Positions 1 to 13,375 of a stretch of DNA of 64,000 nt are shown in pieces; position 1 is the stretch's first letter; each line of letters opens with the position of its first letter. The stretch is from Paraspadella gotoi (lineage: Eukaryota; Animalia; Chaetognatha). The position numbers and the translations under genes were made by a program. The stretch lies in contig CM119267.1 of NCBI GenBank assembly GCA_051294375.1, positions 24,439,783-24,503,782 on the forward strand, read 5' to 3'. The notes under the pieces were generated by a model. It ran no database searches, was not told the origin of the DNA, and was given only the letters and a program-made list of their open reading frames with translations.

Positions 1-1247
1 TCGAGACAAAACTGGCGGAGTTCATAAAATCAAACTTTACAGGCAGTGGCGAAATCTCCGAAGTGAAACTTCTTAATCGAGGTGATATTCTAGTTATTGC
101 TAAAAGTGATAAAATTTCAACTCCATCCTTAAAATTGAAAACTGGGCCCAAAACAAGTATAAAATTGTACCAAGGTTGTCGGCAACAAATTCTATCACGA
201 GACAAGTTGTGTTAAAAGGAGTAGACACTGAGATCACTGAAGAAGCCAAAAAAAGGAATTTGACGAGCAGGTAATTCCAACTGTATTTGTTAAACGTATG
301 AGCTCCTACGCAAATACTGGTAAACCCTCTTGGAATGTAAAAGTGGGACTGAACAAAAACGAGCACTTTGAAAAGCTGATAAAAGAAGGTTTCAAATTTC
401 AAGCCCTTTACAAAAGATTTAGAGTTGACCAATACAAAGTAAATGACTTTCTTCAGTGCTTTAAATGCAAGGACTAGGACATGGCAGTCGCTCTTGCCTG
501 GCTGAAAATGAAGTTTGTCTCGTTGTTCTGGCAACCATAATCACAGAGACTGTAAAGAGAATGTCATTCAATGTGCAAACTGTGGTGGTCCTCATACATC
601 TAACTCGAAGGTCTGTCAAGTACTCCAAAATGCAACTAGAGATTTTCAAAACAAAGTTACATCTGAAAATAGATCTCAAACACAGTCTTACGCAGCGATA
701 ACAAAAGAAAAGGAAAATGAGAGATTTATGTTAACAAAGCAAGATTTAATGAATTTATTGTTTGGGGTTGGCCACATGTTTCGCGAAATGAAAGAACTTA
801 CAACTGATTCAATCACGGATACCAAAATATGGGATCTTGCTGACAATCTGGTCACGAACTTTATAACTCAGAAGGGTGCCATGAGAAAAAACTTTAATGC
901 CACCAAGACAGCGAGAACAGAAACTGCAAAACAGTTCAGTTCCACAGAAAAGTTGACACTGAATGTGTCAGTAAAGATCTGACTGAAAACACTTGTCAAA
1001 CAAATGAATCAAACTACGAGTGGGGGACACCATCTGCCCGGCCATAGAAAGTTATGAAACTTTGAATTTAACACAAAGTACAAGTTCAACCATACCAAAT
1101 AAAGAACGTCGGAAAAGTATAGGTAGAGTTCTTCCCAAAAGCCCAGTATCAAGTATAATCCCAGAAACAAAAACAAAAGGCAAGCAGACAAAGAAAAACA
1201 TAAATCTTGACAAAGCACGAATTCCCAGTAATGATTATGGAAAGTGA
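1..1247 (+). pseudogene. LINE ORF1, gag-like nucleic-acid-binding protein (disrupted)
   Basis: Zinc knuckles read across frames at ~455-625: CFKC..GHGSRSC, CSRCSGNHNHRDC and CANCGGPHTSNSKVC, followed by SYAAI. Several frameshifts and stops. Confidence 0.82.
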
Positions 1248-4080
1248 AATTAATTATCTTTACTGTCTTAGCCTAAACACGAATGGTAAACCAACAAGAT
1301 TACATGAGTTAAAAAAATTAATTGATGACATATCAGAAAACAAAAACATAATTTTAATCTTTAACGATATACGAGTCACCAAAGAAGAATGTCTCAATTT
1401 TAAAAACTTTAAATTTATTGTCAAAACAATGCTTCTAATCCAACAGTAGCAAGTGGAGTCGGAATAGGTGTTCCCAAAAACTATCTGAGAGAAACTTCGC
1501 AAAGTGAAAAATACAATGAAGGTTTAATTGTAGAAATTGTGAATTTAGAGATTGCAACAATCTATAATCATCCAGGAAAAGATTTTCCCGATTCCTTTGT
1601 AAAAGACTTTTTAAATCACAAACCAGATAAAAGATTAATTCGACTTCTAATGGGAGATTTCAACTCGCCAAACAAATATTTTGGAAGTCGGACGACAAGT
1701 AGATCTGGTGAAGAATTACTGAACATATTTAGTAAATACGGCCTAGTTCGTGTGCATGATGACAATATGACTTACATAAGTAAAATTACAGGGGAAGCAA
1801 ATATCCTTGATTTTGTTTTCTGTGACGATAAAAGCATAGATCATGTTAAAGACTACAAAGTGTTGGATGACGTGGGAAGCGATCATTTGCCTTGTCTAAC
1901 TAAGATCGCAGTAAAAGGTGTAATCCATGAAGATAAATTAACAAAAATAATCAACTATGAAAAATTTAAACACATTGTAGATGAAGAATTCAGAAAAATC
2001 CTAAAAAATAAAGAAAACTGGGAAAAACTAAATCTTGAGGAAAAAGTAGAAATTTGGACCAAAAAAATACATTTTGCAAAGGAACAGTGTTCTCAAGAAA
2101 TAAAATTTAAACAAAAGGGAAACTGCATCCTATCGCCAACAACTTGGAAGTTAATTAAAGAACAACGGAACTGGTCAAAGAGAAAAAATTAAGAGGTCTA
2201 AATTTTAAAGAAAGTATCAATGATAAAGAGGCTTGGAGAAAATATTTTAACCACGTCAGTCGAGAAGTGAAAAAATCTATCCGTGAAGATGAGGAGATGC
2301 ACGGAAAACTAAAAATGAACAAAATCATTGGAGAAAGAGACAGCGGAAAAAAGTGGTCAATGATAAAAGAATTAATTAATTGTGGAAAGGAAAATGGCAA
2401 ATCTGATTGCATGCTAAAAAAACCAGATGGCACTTTTCAGAATCAAAATTAGAAAATATGGAAATATTAGCAACAAGGATGGAATCGGTGCATTCTGAAC
2501 CAGAACCTAATAATGAAAACAAATGGATATTTGATCAGGTACAAAATTTTAAGTTAGAAAACAGCAAAATTTTTAATGAAAAAGAAGAAACTCAAACGGA
2601 ATTAAAACTAAGTGACAAATGCAATGTAATTAAGTTAAGTCAAATAATTAGGAATTTTAAAACTAAATCAGCCCCAGGAAAAGATGGAATCACCCCACAA
2701 ATCATGAAAAACTTACCTCTCTCAGCAAAGGTGATTCTCAGTGATATCATGCGAGAATGTCTAGACAAAAGTATATTTCCTAAACTCTGGAAACATTCAA
2801 ATCTTCGAATGCTCCCAAAACCCGGAAAAGATCTGACAGATCCAAAAAGCTACCGACCAATAAGTCTGATCTCAGTAGTTGGAAAAATATTAGAAAGATT
2901 AGTAAAAGAAAAACTGACCGAGTGTACAAAAGAATTAAATGCTATGGGCCCGATGCAATCTGCATACAAGAAAGGTAGATCTGCACAAGAAAATGTCCTC
3001 AGGCTAGTGGAAGACATTAACTGCAGCTTCAGAAAAAGATACTGCACCATTGGTGTTGCATTGGACTTCTCTGTTGCCTTTAATTCGATGTGGAGCAATG
3101 GATTAATCTACAAAATGCATGGAAAAGGATATCCACTAAATCTACTCAAAATGATCAGTTCATACCTCCAGGACAGATCCATGAATATTGTTGATGGAGA
3201 TCTTTGTTCTAGAACCGTCATGCTAAAAAAGGGGCTCCACAAGGAGGAATATTGAGTCCTGATTTATTTACGCTTTATGTAGACGATTTGCCAGTCCCTC
3301 ATGATGTAAAAGGAAGCGGAGCGAAATACGCTGACGATACGTCACTCTGGGCTGAAGGAAAAACCCCAAAAGAAGCAGTGGAAATCCTGCAACCAAGATT
3401 AGATGAAGTAGTGAAATGTGTTCAACTTGGCAACTCAGTTTGTCTCCGGGAAAATCACTAATGACACTCTTCACTCATGCCCCAGTCACAAAGACTATGA
3501 TTTTCAGTTAAATTTGGGCAATGAAGAAAGTAGTTCGAAAAGAAAAACTCAGGCTCTTAGGCATTGACATAGATGAAAAGTTAATGTGGACTGGATTCAT
3601 TGATGATCTGCTAAATAAATTCAAAAGCAAAATTTTAATGATAAATCGACTGTCTAAATTTAAAAAGGATCATGATAGTGGAATGAAACTGATTAACACT
3701 GTTTATCAAAGCCTGGTCGTGTCTGTCTTAAACTATTCCAGTCTGGTATGGATTACAAACAAGTATCAATGGGAAAAATTGGAAAAACTAAATTTAAGAG
3801 CCCTAAAACCTTTTTAAAACTGCCTATGCATACCTCTTCAAAAATTGTGTATGATGCAGCAGGTACAACAGAAATGAAAGGACAGATTGAGAAAAGAGCA
3901 ATGAAGAGAATAATTGAAGTGACCAAAGGAAATGAAATGTTTGAAAGGACAGTACACAACATAGAGAACGACAAACGGAACACACACATATCACCAATGA
4001 AACTGTGCTATGAGAAACTGAAGTCGGACAACATCTGCCTTAGCACATTCTTTGGATTTGACTGTCATTGCGAGTCTTGA
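1207..4080 (+). pseudogene. LINE ORF2, AP endonuclease + reverse transcriptase (split into about 6 fragments)
   Basis: APE motifs: LSLNTNG, IYNHP, MGDFN, ILDFVF, GSDHLP. RT motifs: KSAPGKDGI, LPKPGKD, SYRPISL, QSAYKKGRS, LDFSVAF, a frameshifted (GA)PQGGILSP, YADD, LLGIDID. No RNase H is evident. Confidence 0.93.
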
Positions 4081-4448
4081 AGTTCTTTTTTTTTGTTTGT
4101 TTGTTTTTTTTCCGTCCAATATTACTTGTTGATTGAATTGATTCAATTTCTATTTTTAAACTGGTTTCATAATCACGTCATAACGTTTTTAACAGTCTGT
4201 AGCTCTTTAAATCTTTTTAGTAATTTTTGATTAATTTTTTCCTTTTTTTTGTATCACGTACTAACAATTTGAAAGTCTGTACATAGTTCTTAAAATTTTG
4301 GATTTTCACGTTTTAAAAATTAATTTTAAATGAGTTTTAAAAAAATGAATTTTTTACCATTTACTTAGTTTTCGTAAACGAAATGACCTCATGGGCCACA
4401 GTAAATTGCGCCCCGGTTTAGTCTAATTCATATTCATATTCATATCTC

Positions 4449-4522
<74 letters not shown>

Positions 4523-4579
4523 CCTCTCTCTCTCGAGAGAGAGAGAGAGAGAGAGAGATCTTGACCTTCCCCGACAGAC

Positions 4580-7500
4580 CTGTCGATCGACTGGAACGAC
4601 GAGGCGCTTGAGCCTCCGAGCGATGGCCTTTTGGTCGGCCTTCCAAAAGACTTCCTCCGTCTCGCCGTTCTCGTCTCTGAATTGCAAAATAGAGTAGCGA
4701 ATAAAAAGACAAAAAGACAAATTGTAATAATTAACGAACACTGTTTTAATAACAAACTACTCCAAGACAAGATATACAATTAACTACAAAATCTGCTATG
4801 AATTAAAACGGAAGAGAAAGCGTTTAAAACATAAGCCGATTGCAGCTAAATGGAAAACAAATAGTAACGCAAATCCTCCTTTAAAAAAATGCAAAATAAA
4901 CAAAGACAAAACCCGTCACCAAAACGAGTCAAAAAGCCAACTTCCCGCCCTCTTCCGCAGCCGTCGAAACGGAGCCGCGCGCACCTGAAAAGGATCTCCC
5001 CGTCCCATTTGCCGTCGATGGTGGCGATGGTTTTGGCGCCGAGTTTGATTTTCCCCACGACGGCGTTCGACGCTTCCGATCCGCCGAAAAAGGGTTTCAA
5101 TTTGAAATCGAGTTCCGCTCTGAATTGAGGAGGGGGGGGAGTGGTGGGGGGGGGGGATGCAGGTATTAAGATCTTATATTGATATTTATAGATTATTATT
5201 AAGTTATTTTTTATTATCTTTTAAAACGTTCAAAAGCACAGACGTATTATATTAATTATTGTAGAATATCAGCTATGCTTAGTTTACAATTAAAATTTGG
5301 ATTAAAATTTAGACATTGTATTCGAACTTTTTTGTTGTTGTTTATTTAGGAGTTTAGATTTTTTTAATACTTTCTTCTCTTTTATGGATCCGTTCCAGCC
5401 CCCCCCCCAGGCCCCGGGGCACATCGCCTTAGGAAGGGTGTCAAACCATCTCCAGGCCACCATCCCTGCAACACCTCACACCACCCCGCACCACCCCAAA
5501 TCACTCTGCAACGAAGTTCACCTGTATCGGGTCTTGTCGCACTCGATGCTGACTTTCCCTCCCAACTCGGCCGTCATCGTCCCCAAGAGGATTCCCTTAC
5601 AGTTGGCGTAGGGCATCGACATCACGTAGTCTTCCCCGCGCTTGAGGAGGGTCAGGCGGGCCTGTCCGTCCATGATGGCCTGGTGGAGGAGGAGGTGGAA
5701 ATTGGGCGGAGAATAAATAATTGAAAGGAGAGAGAATAGAATAGAATTGAAAGAAAGAAAAGAAATAATTAGAAAGAAAGAATACGTTGAGGAGTGTAAT
5801 AAAATAAAATAAATAAAAAAATAAAATAAAACAAGAAATAAAGAAAGGAAAAAAGTGAGAAAGAAAAAGAGAAAAGAAGGAAAGAAGGCGAGAAAGAAAG
5901 AACGAAATAAAGAAAAAATGAAAAAAGAAAAGAAATAGCGCAAGCCAAAAAAACCCAAAAAAACACAGACTCTCAAAACAAACCAAGCGGCCCTTACCTG
6001 CAATGAGTTTCCGTAAAACTTGGACCTGGCCAAGATCCCGCAGGTGAGGCAATAACCGTCCCGTCGGTTAGAGACGTGGAACACAGAGATGGGAGGGTGG
6101 TGCGAGACCTGCGAGCGAAAGGAGAAAGACGAACCTAAAACCCTGACCGTCGTTTTGCTCCTTAACAGACCCTCGTGACTCACCTGCTCCGCCACGTAAA
6201 ATGTCCTGGATCCCGTGGCGGGATTCTCCCAACAGCAGCGGAAGACTTCGCCAAGGATCGGGTTGTAGGGCTTCTTGAGTCCCTTGGGCTTTTTGTAGAA
6301 GCCGGAGATGTACCACTTGAGAACGTGTTTCATCCTGGCGAGAAAACGGAAACAATTTTGTACATTTAAATAATTCTTAAAAGTAAAACTTAACTACTTA
6401 CATACTTAACTCGTCGAATAAAACAAAAAGTATGAAATTATTAGCATCAAAATTAAAAGTTGTATAACTTTCTTCAATCTACAATTCTACGTGCTGCTGT
6501 TCTCATTACGAGGCCAAGCTCAGTATTCTCCAGACTCCACATTGTGGAGTCCACAACCCAGCTACTTTTTCTGGTCCCACATACCTCAGGAAAGGATCGT
6601 CGAAGGCGGAGGCTTCCTGCAGCAGATCGCAGTGATAATAGAAGTCGGTGAGTTTGTCGAGAAAAGATCGAGGTTCGAGGATGAAGGCGGGCAGCACCAC
6701 GCGGGAAAGATCCATGCCTGGACGGACCTAGGGTGGGGGAATGAATGATGGGAAAAATTATTTAAAAATAAGTAGCCGAGGCTAAACTTAATATAAACCC
6801 CAAAACAAAACAATTAAAACAATATTAAGTCATCATTCGAATTCCGTAGTCAAAGCGGTAGACACTGAATTACGGCGCCAATAACTGTTTGTTTCAAATA
6901 ATATATACAAACGACGCCTTTTGTCTTTTCTTAAATTTTACCTTAGTCCGGTGGCCAAGTTACCAATATCTAAACCAAGCTTTCCATCTTCCAGACCTGT
7001 TTGAGTAATTCCCAAATGACGCTCTTGTTCTCCTCGCCGAATTCCTCCGTCTGCGCCTGATCGCCCAACTCTCCGAACTCCTCCGCCGGCCCCGCCACGT
7101 AGGGAGTCATTTCGCCGCCGCCGCCTTTGATTAGGGGAGCGTGGCGGGTAGGAGAGGGTGGGGGAAGGGGGGTTGCGAAGGGGGTGAGACGAGGAATGGA
7201 GAATTGGAAGGGAAACATGGGTTGTGACTGATTAAGGTTTTCATTATGGTGTCCAAGAAGTTATGGCAACAGCCGGGTTGCCTGTGATGCCCATTGGGAT
7301 GGGGCATCTCACTGTTGGCTTTGGGGGCTTCCGACCCTCAGTGACGCCTCCAGTCACTGGCGCGGTTACCCTAGGACGGTCTCGCTTTGCCAACGTAGAG
7401 GGAAGTCGTTAGGACTGTGGATGGAACACTACGCCTGGGATGGTGTATTCCCCCTCTGAGCCAATGGATTTGGCTGAAAGATGGCGGACGTGAGGCGGTG

Positions 7501-8196
7501 TGAATATACCGCCACAAAGTAGTATTATAATTTAAAATTATTATTAGAGTTGACACCTTTAGTGGACTCACCTAAGGAAAATTATTGGATTAAAGGAAGG
7601 TGAGACATTTAAAATACAACGTATTGTTTGTCACTGTATCTAAACCCTAATAATAATAAAAGTATCTCGACGTCAACAACCGAAATCTCTTTTAGTTTTA
7701 CTTATCTTTTCTCTTCTAATATCACTCCTCTTCTTCTTTCTTCTCCCTTCTCTTCCCCTTCTCCCTCCTCACCTTCTTCCTCTTCCTCCTCCTCTTCGTC
7801 GTCCGGCGCTTCCCCTCCGTCGTCGCTGGCTTCCGACTCGCTCGGCGCCTCCTCCTCGGGCGACGCCTTATCCTCGGCGTCGGGTCCGTCGAGGTCACGG
7901 GGGAAGTGGCCCTCGAGGTCGCTCTCCGTCCAACTCCCCGTCCGCAGGTGGCGCAGTTGCGTCGGCAACGGCGCCTCGGCAGAGGACGCCGCCGTTGCCG
8001 CCACCGAACGGGCGATCGACGCCGCGAGGGACGTCGCGGCGTCGACGCCGCTCCCGTCGGGTTGGTACGAGACGCTGCCGCAGCGTGGAGCGGAGCCGCG
8101 GTATGACTGGATTGAGATAAAGGAAAGGGAAAGTGGGAAGGTGGGGAAGAAGGATGAAAATGTCGAAATTCAGTAACTCGGGTAATTTTAATTTCT

Positions 8197-8249
<53 letters not shown>

Positions 8250-11200
8250 ACACAAAAGTAACTACTATGTATATTTAACTTGAATCGTTGTGAGGAATGA
8301 GAGGCAGTCAATCGGAAGATAAGTAACTGATTAAGAAAAAGAGAATATAGGGGAGAAAGATAATAAGGAAGAAAAGATGATCATAATTGGATTAATAAAA
8401 GAGAAAGGGGAGTGGGCAGAGAAAAGAAATGTGAATTGAAAAAGAAAATGGGAAAGGAAAGAATAAAAAACCATAACAAAGGAAAGGAAAGAAAAAAATC
8501 AAAATGAAGGAAAGTAAAGGAGTAAAAACCAAAATGAAAGAAAGGAAAGAGGTAAAAACCAAAATGAAGGAAACGAAAAGAGAAAAAAACAAAATAAAGG
8601 AAAGTAAGGGAGTAAAAACTAAAATGAAGGGAAGGAAAGGAGAAAAAAACAAAATGAAGGAAAGGAAAGGAAAGGAAAAAAAATCAAAATGAAGGAAAGG
8701 TAAGGAAAAAACAAAATGAAGGAAAGGAAAGGAGAAAAAAACAAAATGAAGGAAAAGAAAGGAAAGGAGAAAAAAACAAAATGAAGTAAAGGAAAGGAAA
8801 GGAGAAAAAAACAAAATGAAGGGAAGGAAAGGAGAAAAAAACAAAATGAAGGAAAGGAAAGGAGAAAGGATGTAGAAGCGAAGGGAGGAAAAATTCGTTA
8901 ATCCTCAAGGACGGAAGCTTAAGGCCTTTGAAGGATAAAGCTGATGAGTTTTGCCGAGGAGTTTGATGAATAGGAAGAGGAGGAGGAGGAAGAGGAGAAA
9001 GATCTTGAGGATTATTACGCCTCACCGGCTGATTCTTTTTCGGGGGGGGGGGGTGAGAGTGAGATAGAGAAGTCGTTGGCCAGTCAACTCCCGTTGGTCG
9101 AGAACTGATAAAGTTCGAGAGGCGAACCGCTTCGGAAAACACACGAGTTAATAAACTTGAAGTCGACTAATGAATGTTTCCATTTCTATAATGTCAATTT
9201 AATTCGCTATCACCTCGCTCTAAATATTCTCTCCTCGATTCTTATCGACGAAATTCAATCGCTTTCACTCTTTTGCTCCGCTCATTAATCCATCGTAGTT
9301 TAGTTTAAATTTTAGAACTCTTTTTTTAATATTAATTTTCATGATTAATTATTTGAACTAAATCATTCATACAAATATTATAGAAAACCGTCGGTTTTTT
9401 TTTAATTTATATTTATCTCGCGTTCAAGTTTTTCTACATTAAAAAATTGAACAAATGAACAAACCAATAGCTCTTCTCCAACATTTCTCTTACCTCACTC
9501 CCTCGCCTTCTCTCAATCCCACCGCCTCGATCGTCTGAATAACAACAACAACAACAAGACCCAACCTCGTTCCTAACCTGGAACGAGTCCTCCATTGCGC
9601 TGCTGGCGCTGCCCGAGGTGCTCCCCCGCGCCGCCGCGTCCACCCGGACGTCGCCGTCGCTGCGGCGATGTCGGTGCTGTTGCTGCAGCTGCTGAGATTG
9701 CAGCTGTTGCGGAGGTTGATGTTGAGACGCGACGCCGCCGCCGATGGAGCGCTTGAGTAGCGTCGAACATCGGAGCGCCAATTCGAGGGCGTCCATCCAG
9801 CATTTGCCTGAGGAAGAGAGAAGGGGGGCGGGAGAATAAGATGAATATTGGAAGGAGGATGAAACGAGATGATATCCGCTCCCTGCCCCCCTCCCCCCCT
9901 TTAACCGCTCACCAGCCGCCTCCGACGTCGCGCGGAAGATGAGATAGTTGACTGGAAGAGGCTGAACCATCGCCGGAATACTTTCACCCTTGAACACAAT
10001 CATTACGTAATACGTAGTCGTCTTTCTCTTTTCCTTTTTCATCATTTGCCTTCTTTCTTAGTCACTTTAGGTTTTATTACCTTTTATTTCTTTCTCTTCT
10101 GTCTCCCTATCTTTGTCACTTATGTTTTATTACTCTTTCTTTCTCTTTTTCTTTCTTACCGTCTTTCTTTCGCACTTTAGGTTTTATCTTTCTCTGTTTC
10201 TTTTATTCTCTTTCTCTCACTTTAGGTCCCTTCGCCGCCCAAATGCTTTGATCCATTGGATGAAAGAGTTTGAAACAGAAGCCTTCCTTTTTTGAAGGCC
10301 TTTCGATGAGTTCGCAAGTGTTGAGGAGAATCGTCCCAACCCAGTAGCCTGAAGAAAAAAAAGATAGTGGAGGAAAACGAGTCATTTATTTATATTTAGT
10401 TGATTTTTGTCTCGAAGAAGAAGCGTGTCCCGACTATGAGGTATTAAACACCCGAACTGAGACTAAATAATAAATACATATATTTTTTTAACCGTATTTT
10501 GGCATATTTCATACAATAATTATAGGCATTTTGAAAATTTTGAAATCCCAAGCAAGTCCAAACACGTCTCGTTCTGTCTGCCAAGCAAGCGCTCGTTAAT
10601 TCAAAAATTGCTTGAACTGTTCCCGTTTTAAGTCGATTTTAAAATAAACCAAATAACAATAAGATAAAAAACCCTTGCGCATCCAATCAAAGTCAAATAT
10701 TTAAAGAGACTTTCCTTTCTCTTTTATAGAATTAAAAATGTGGGTAAAGGGGAACGAAAAATATCATTTAAAAAGTCACACGATGAAACGGGTTAGTTTT
10801 AACAAAATAAACCATCGAAAAGCTTTATTATGATAGTAATAAAAATTAATATTATATTTCACGGGGGAAAACTTTTTTTTCAACCACCGTTAAAAAAAAT
10901 GACAAAACTACTAAAAAAACAACAACCAAAGTTTTCAATAGAGAAAAAGAAACCGACTCACCGCCAGGATGAAGATTAACCTCTTAAGATCGAGATCAAC
11001 ATTAAAATAATCAAAATCCGTTTTTAACTACGAAACGAAAGGGAAACTAAATCCGCACATTTAAATACAAAAATGTAAGGATTTCTTGGCATCAAAAGAT
11101 CACCCGCCAACCAACTCGCATTGCCATAGCGACGAGAGAAACAGACTCACTCGATTTCATCTTTTGACTTTTGTAGAGAATGAGGAGTCCGGGTTTGAGG

Positions 11201-13375
11201 CAACAAAATAGTTTGGTCCAGCTCTTGAGCGATCCTCGGACTTTGAGCCATTCAGCCAACACGATGACGGTAGGGTCGTTCAACGTCGACGCCACCTGTG
11301 GGCGGCGAAAAAAAGAAGAATTATAATACATGTACGTAAAAAGGTAATAAAACTGGTTCTCCCTCCCTTACCTCATTGGCGGCGGCCTTTTTCTGATTGC
11401 GGTATTGCTTCTTCTTCATCTTCAGACTCGCCTTCTTGCTCAGCGTCTCCACGGAGCCTGAGGAGAAGAGATATTCCAGTTTAGAGGCGAAGAGCAACGG
11501 AAGAGTCGATTTGAACTTTAACCAAACATGGAAAATTAACCGTAAAATAAATGAGGATTGCGATCCAAAAATAAAATTAGCCCGATTTGGATGCGAGGGG
11601 TTAAATGAAAAAGCCAATTTGGAAACGCATTCACCAAGGAGTTGCTAGTTAAATTTTGTAAGCTAAAGGACGATAAATGAATCGGGGGGAGGGGTTGAGG
11701 AATCTTGGCTTTATTTTCCAAAAGTGCCCCATATCTCTGCTTCAAAGTTTTTGAATATATTAAGATAAAGGTTAAAATTGAAGACTAGCATTGAGAAATA
11801 CAAGTTTTAGCAAACAATGTCGGATATGCCCACGATCATTATCGGTAATTAGTTAATTAATAGTTAATTAATACAAGTTAATTAATTAATTAATTAATTA
11901 GGCAATTAAATAATTATTAGGCAATTAATTAATTATTTTGATCCAAAATGTTTTTGATTGATTAATTGACCGATTAATTAATTATTGATTAATTAATTGA
12001 CTAATTGATTAATTAACTGATTAATTATTTGATTAATTTATACATCTTGCATTTATATTTAATATAAAAAGAAAAAGAAGCATAATCAATTAGTGAAACA
12101 GGTTTTTTGTTTTTTTCCATTTAAACTCATTTCCACAAAAACGATTCCATAGAAACTTGATTTCCAGCTTAATCACATACTTTTTTACCCACATACAAAA
12201 TTTCAAGTCAATCGCCCCATCCACTCCTGAGTAATTGGTGTTCAAATAGTAAAATATATATTTTTGTTTTTTCCATTTAAACTCATTTCCACTCGGATGA
12301 TTCCATCGAAACTTCATATCCAGCTCAATCACACACTTCCCTACCCACACACAAAATTTCATTCCAATCATCCATCCAATCACGAGTAATTTGTATTTTT
12401 TGCTAAGGTGGGACGGACAGACAGACATACAGACATAGACGGATGATCGGACATCATTTTTTTTTACATAATTTATCATAATTTGATGCTCTGACATGAT
12501 ATAAATGAATGCCCAACAAAATTAAGGTGGCGGACCAACGGACCGACAAAGTGAATTATAGAGTCGGGATCTGCTGATAAGCAGATCCAACTAATAAATA
12601 TTAAATAGGTTAAAGATTTGGTAAAGGGTAAAATATAAAAATATTGAATTAAAAATTAAATAAAATATTGAAACTAAATTTTATAAAAATCATTTAATTA
12701 GGATTACAAATATGAGATGGGCGGTTTCGGAAAATAGTGCCTTCGCTCTGGCCGTGAGAGAGGAGCGTCATTCTCGTGATTTTCAATTGAAAAATAAAAA
12801 ATAATGAACAAATAAATTTTGTAAAAATGAAAGAAAATTATTAGTACTTTCGCGTCGATCGATGGCCGGAACTAAATCGGTTCCCGGAGAAAAAAAGAAA
12901 AATCGATAAAATGAAAAAAAAAATAATTTAGTATTTAATCAAAAGATGCCTCAGAAAAAAAACTTCCATAGCTGCACAAATATTTCAACAAATACCACGT
13001 AGCTTGACAAAACGAATCACACACAAAACGATCGTCATAAGTACAGAAAAACAATAATAAACTAAAGTAAACAAAAAAAAAAAATAAATAAATAAATAAA
13101 AAAAAAAGTACCCATGGAACCAGTTGAGGAATCAAGAAGGCTGTTGTTGTTGTTAGCACTGTTAGCGAAGGAGGGCGAATTAAGATAGAGAGGAACGTGT
13201 TGACCACCTCCGCCTCCCGGGGACGACGCCCACCCTGGCGGCGGCGTCGACGTCGCGTCGGTAACGAGACCGGAAGAGGGCGGGGCGTCGGGCGACGGCG
13301 TCGTCACGAAGAGGTTTGGAGAGACGGGCGGCGACGCCCCTAACGCCACCATTTCCGAACTGCGACTCTTTTGGC
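4580..13375 (-). CDS. OSBPL8: Oxysterol-binding protein-related protein ORP5/ORP8 family (PH + ORD domains), multi-exon; 3' end lies beyond the left edge of the window
   Basis: GT-AG exons at about 13375-13112, 11457-11372, 11295-11151, 10348-10220, 9988-9913, 9807-9578, 8107-7772, 7127-6998, 6726-6585, 6334-6185, 6108-5998, 5679-5523, 5119-4986 and 4676-4580. Motifs: polybasic LSKKASLKMKKKQYR; PH domain WLKVRGSLKSWTKL...CWMDALELAL; ORD VRPGMDLSRVVLPAFILEPRSFL, KKPYNPILGE and the EQVSHHPP signature. Confidence 0.93.
7262..7516 (-). mobile_element. Solo LTR (255 bp) in an ORP8 intron, related to the LTRs at 23410-24128
   Basis: Plus-strand termini are TATGGCAAC...CCGCCACA. It is flanked by the direct repeat AAGT (7258-7261 and 7517-7520) and shares blocks with the TRIM LTR (GCCTGTGAT, ATCTCAC, GACCCTCAGTGAC, GTCACTGGC, GTGAGGC). 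Confidence 0.85.
8480..8870. repeat. Purine-rich minisatellite, unit about 30 bp
   Basis: Repeated AAAATGAAGGAAAGGAAAGGAGAAAAAAAC-like units inside an ORP8 intron. Confidence 0.85.
11782..12597 (+). mobile_element. Non-autonomous Helentron/DINE-1-like (HINE) element
   Basis: An (ATTA)-rich stretch, an internal ~157-bp tandem duplication (12102-12400), a (GACA/GACG)n microsatellite at 12411-12443, and a 3' stem-loop GGATCTGCT-gata-AGCAGATCC at ~12567-12588. This architecture is typical of HINEs. Confidence 0.55.

Larger units (their letters stand above)
1..4445 (+). mobile_element. Non-LTR retrotransposon (LINE, Jockey/I-group-like); 5' end lies outside the window; frameshifted
   Basis: ORF1 has three CCHC-type knuckles and ORF2 has APE and RT motifs. 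A T-rich 3'UTR runs ~4081-4425 and ends in an (ATTCAT)3 tail at ~4426-4445 next to a (CT)n tract. Confidence 0.93.

Noticed and set aside
7490-7520. H/ACA snoRNA or telomerase RNA 3' end (hairpin followed by ACA)
   Set aside because: The ACA is the LTR terminus abutting the TSD, it is antisense to the host intron, and no H box or template is evident.
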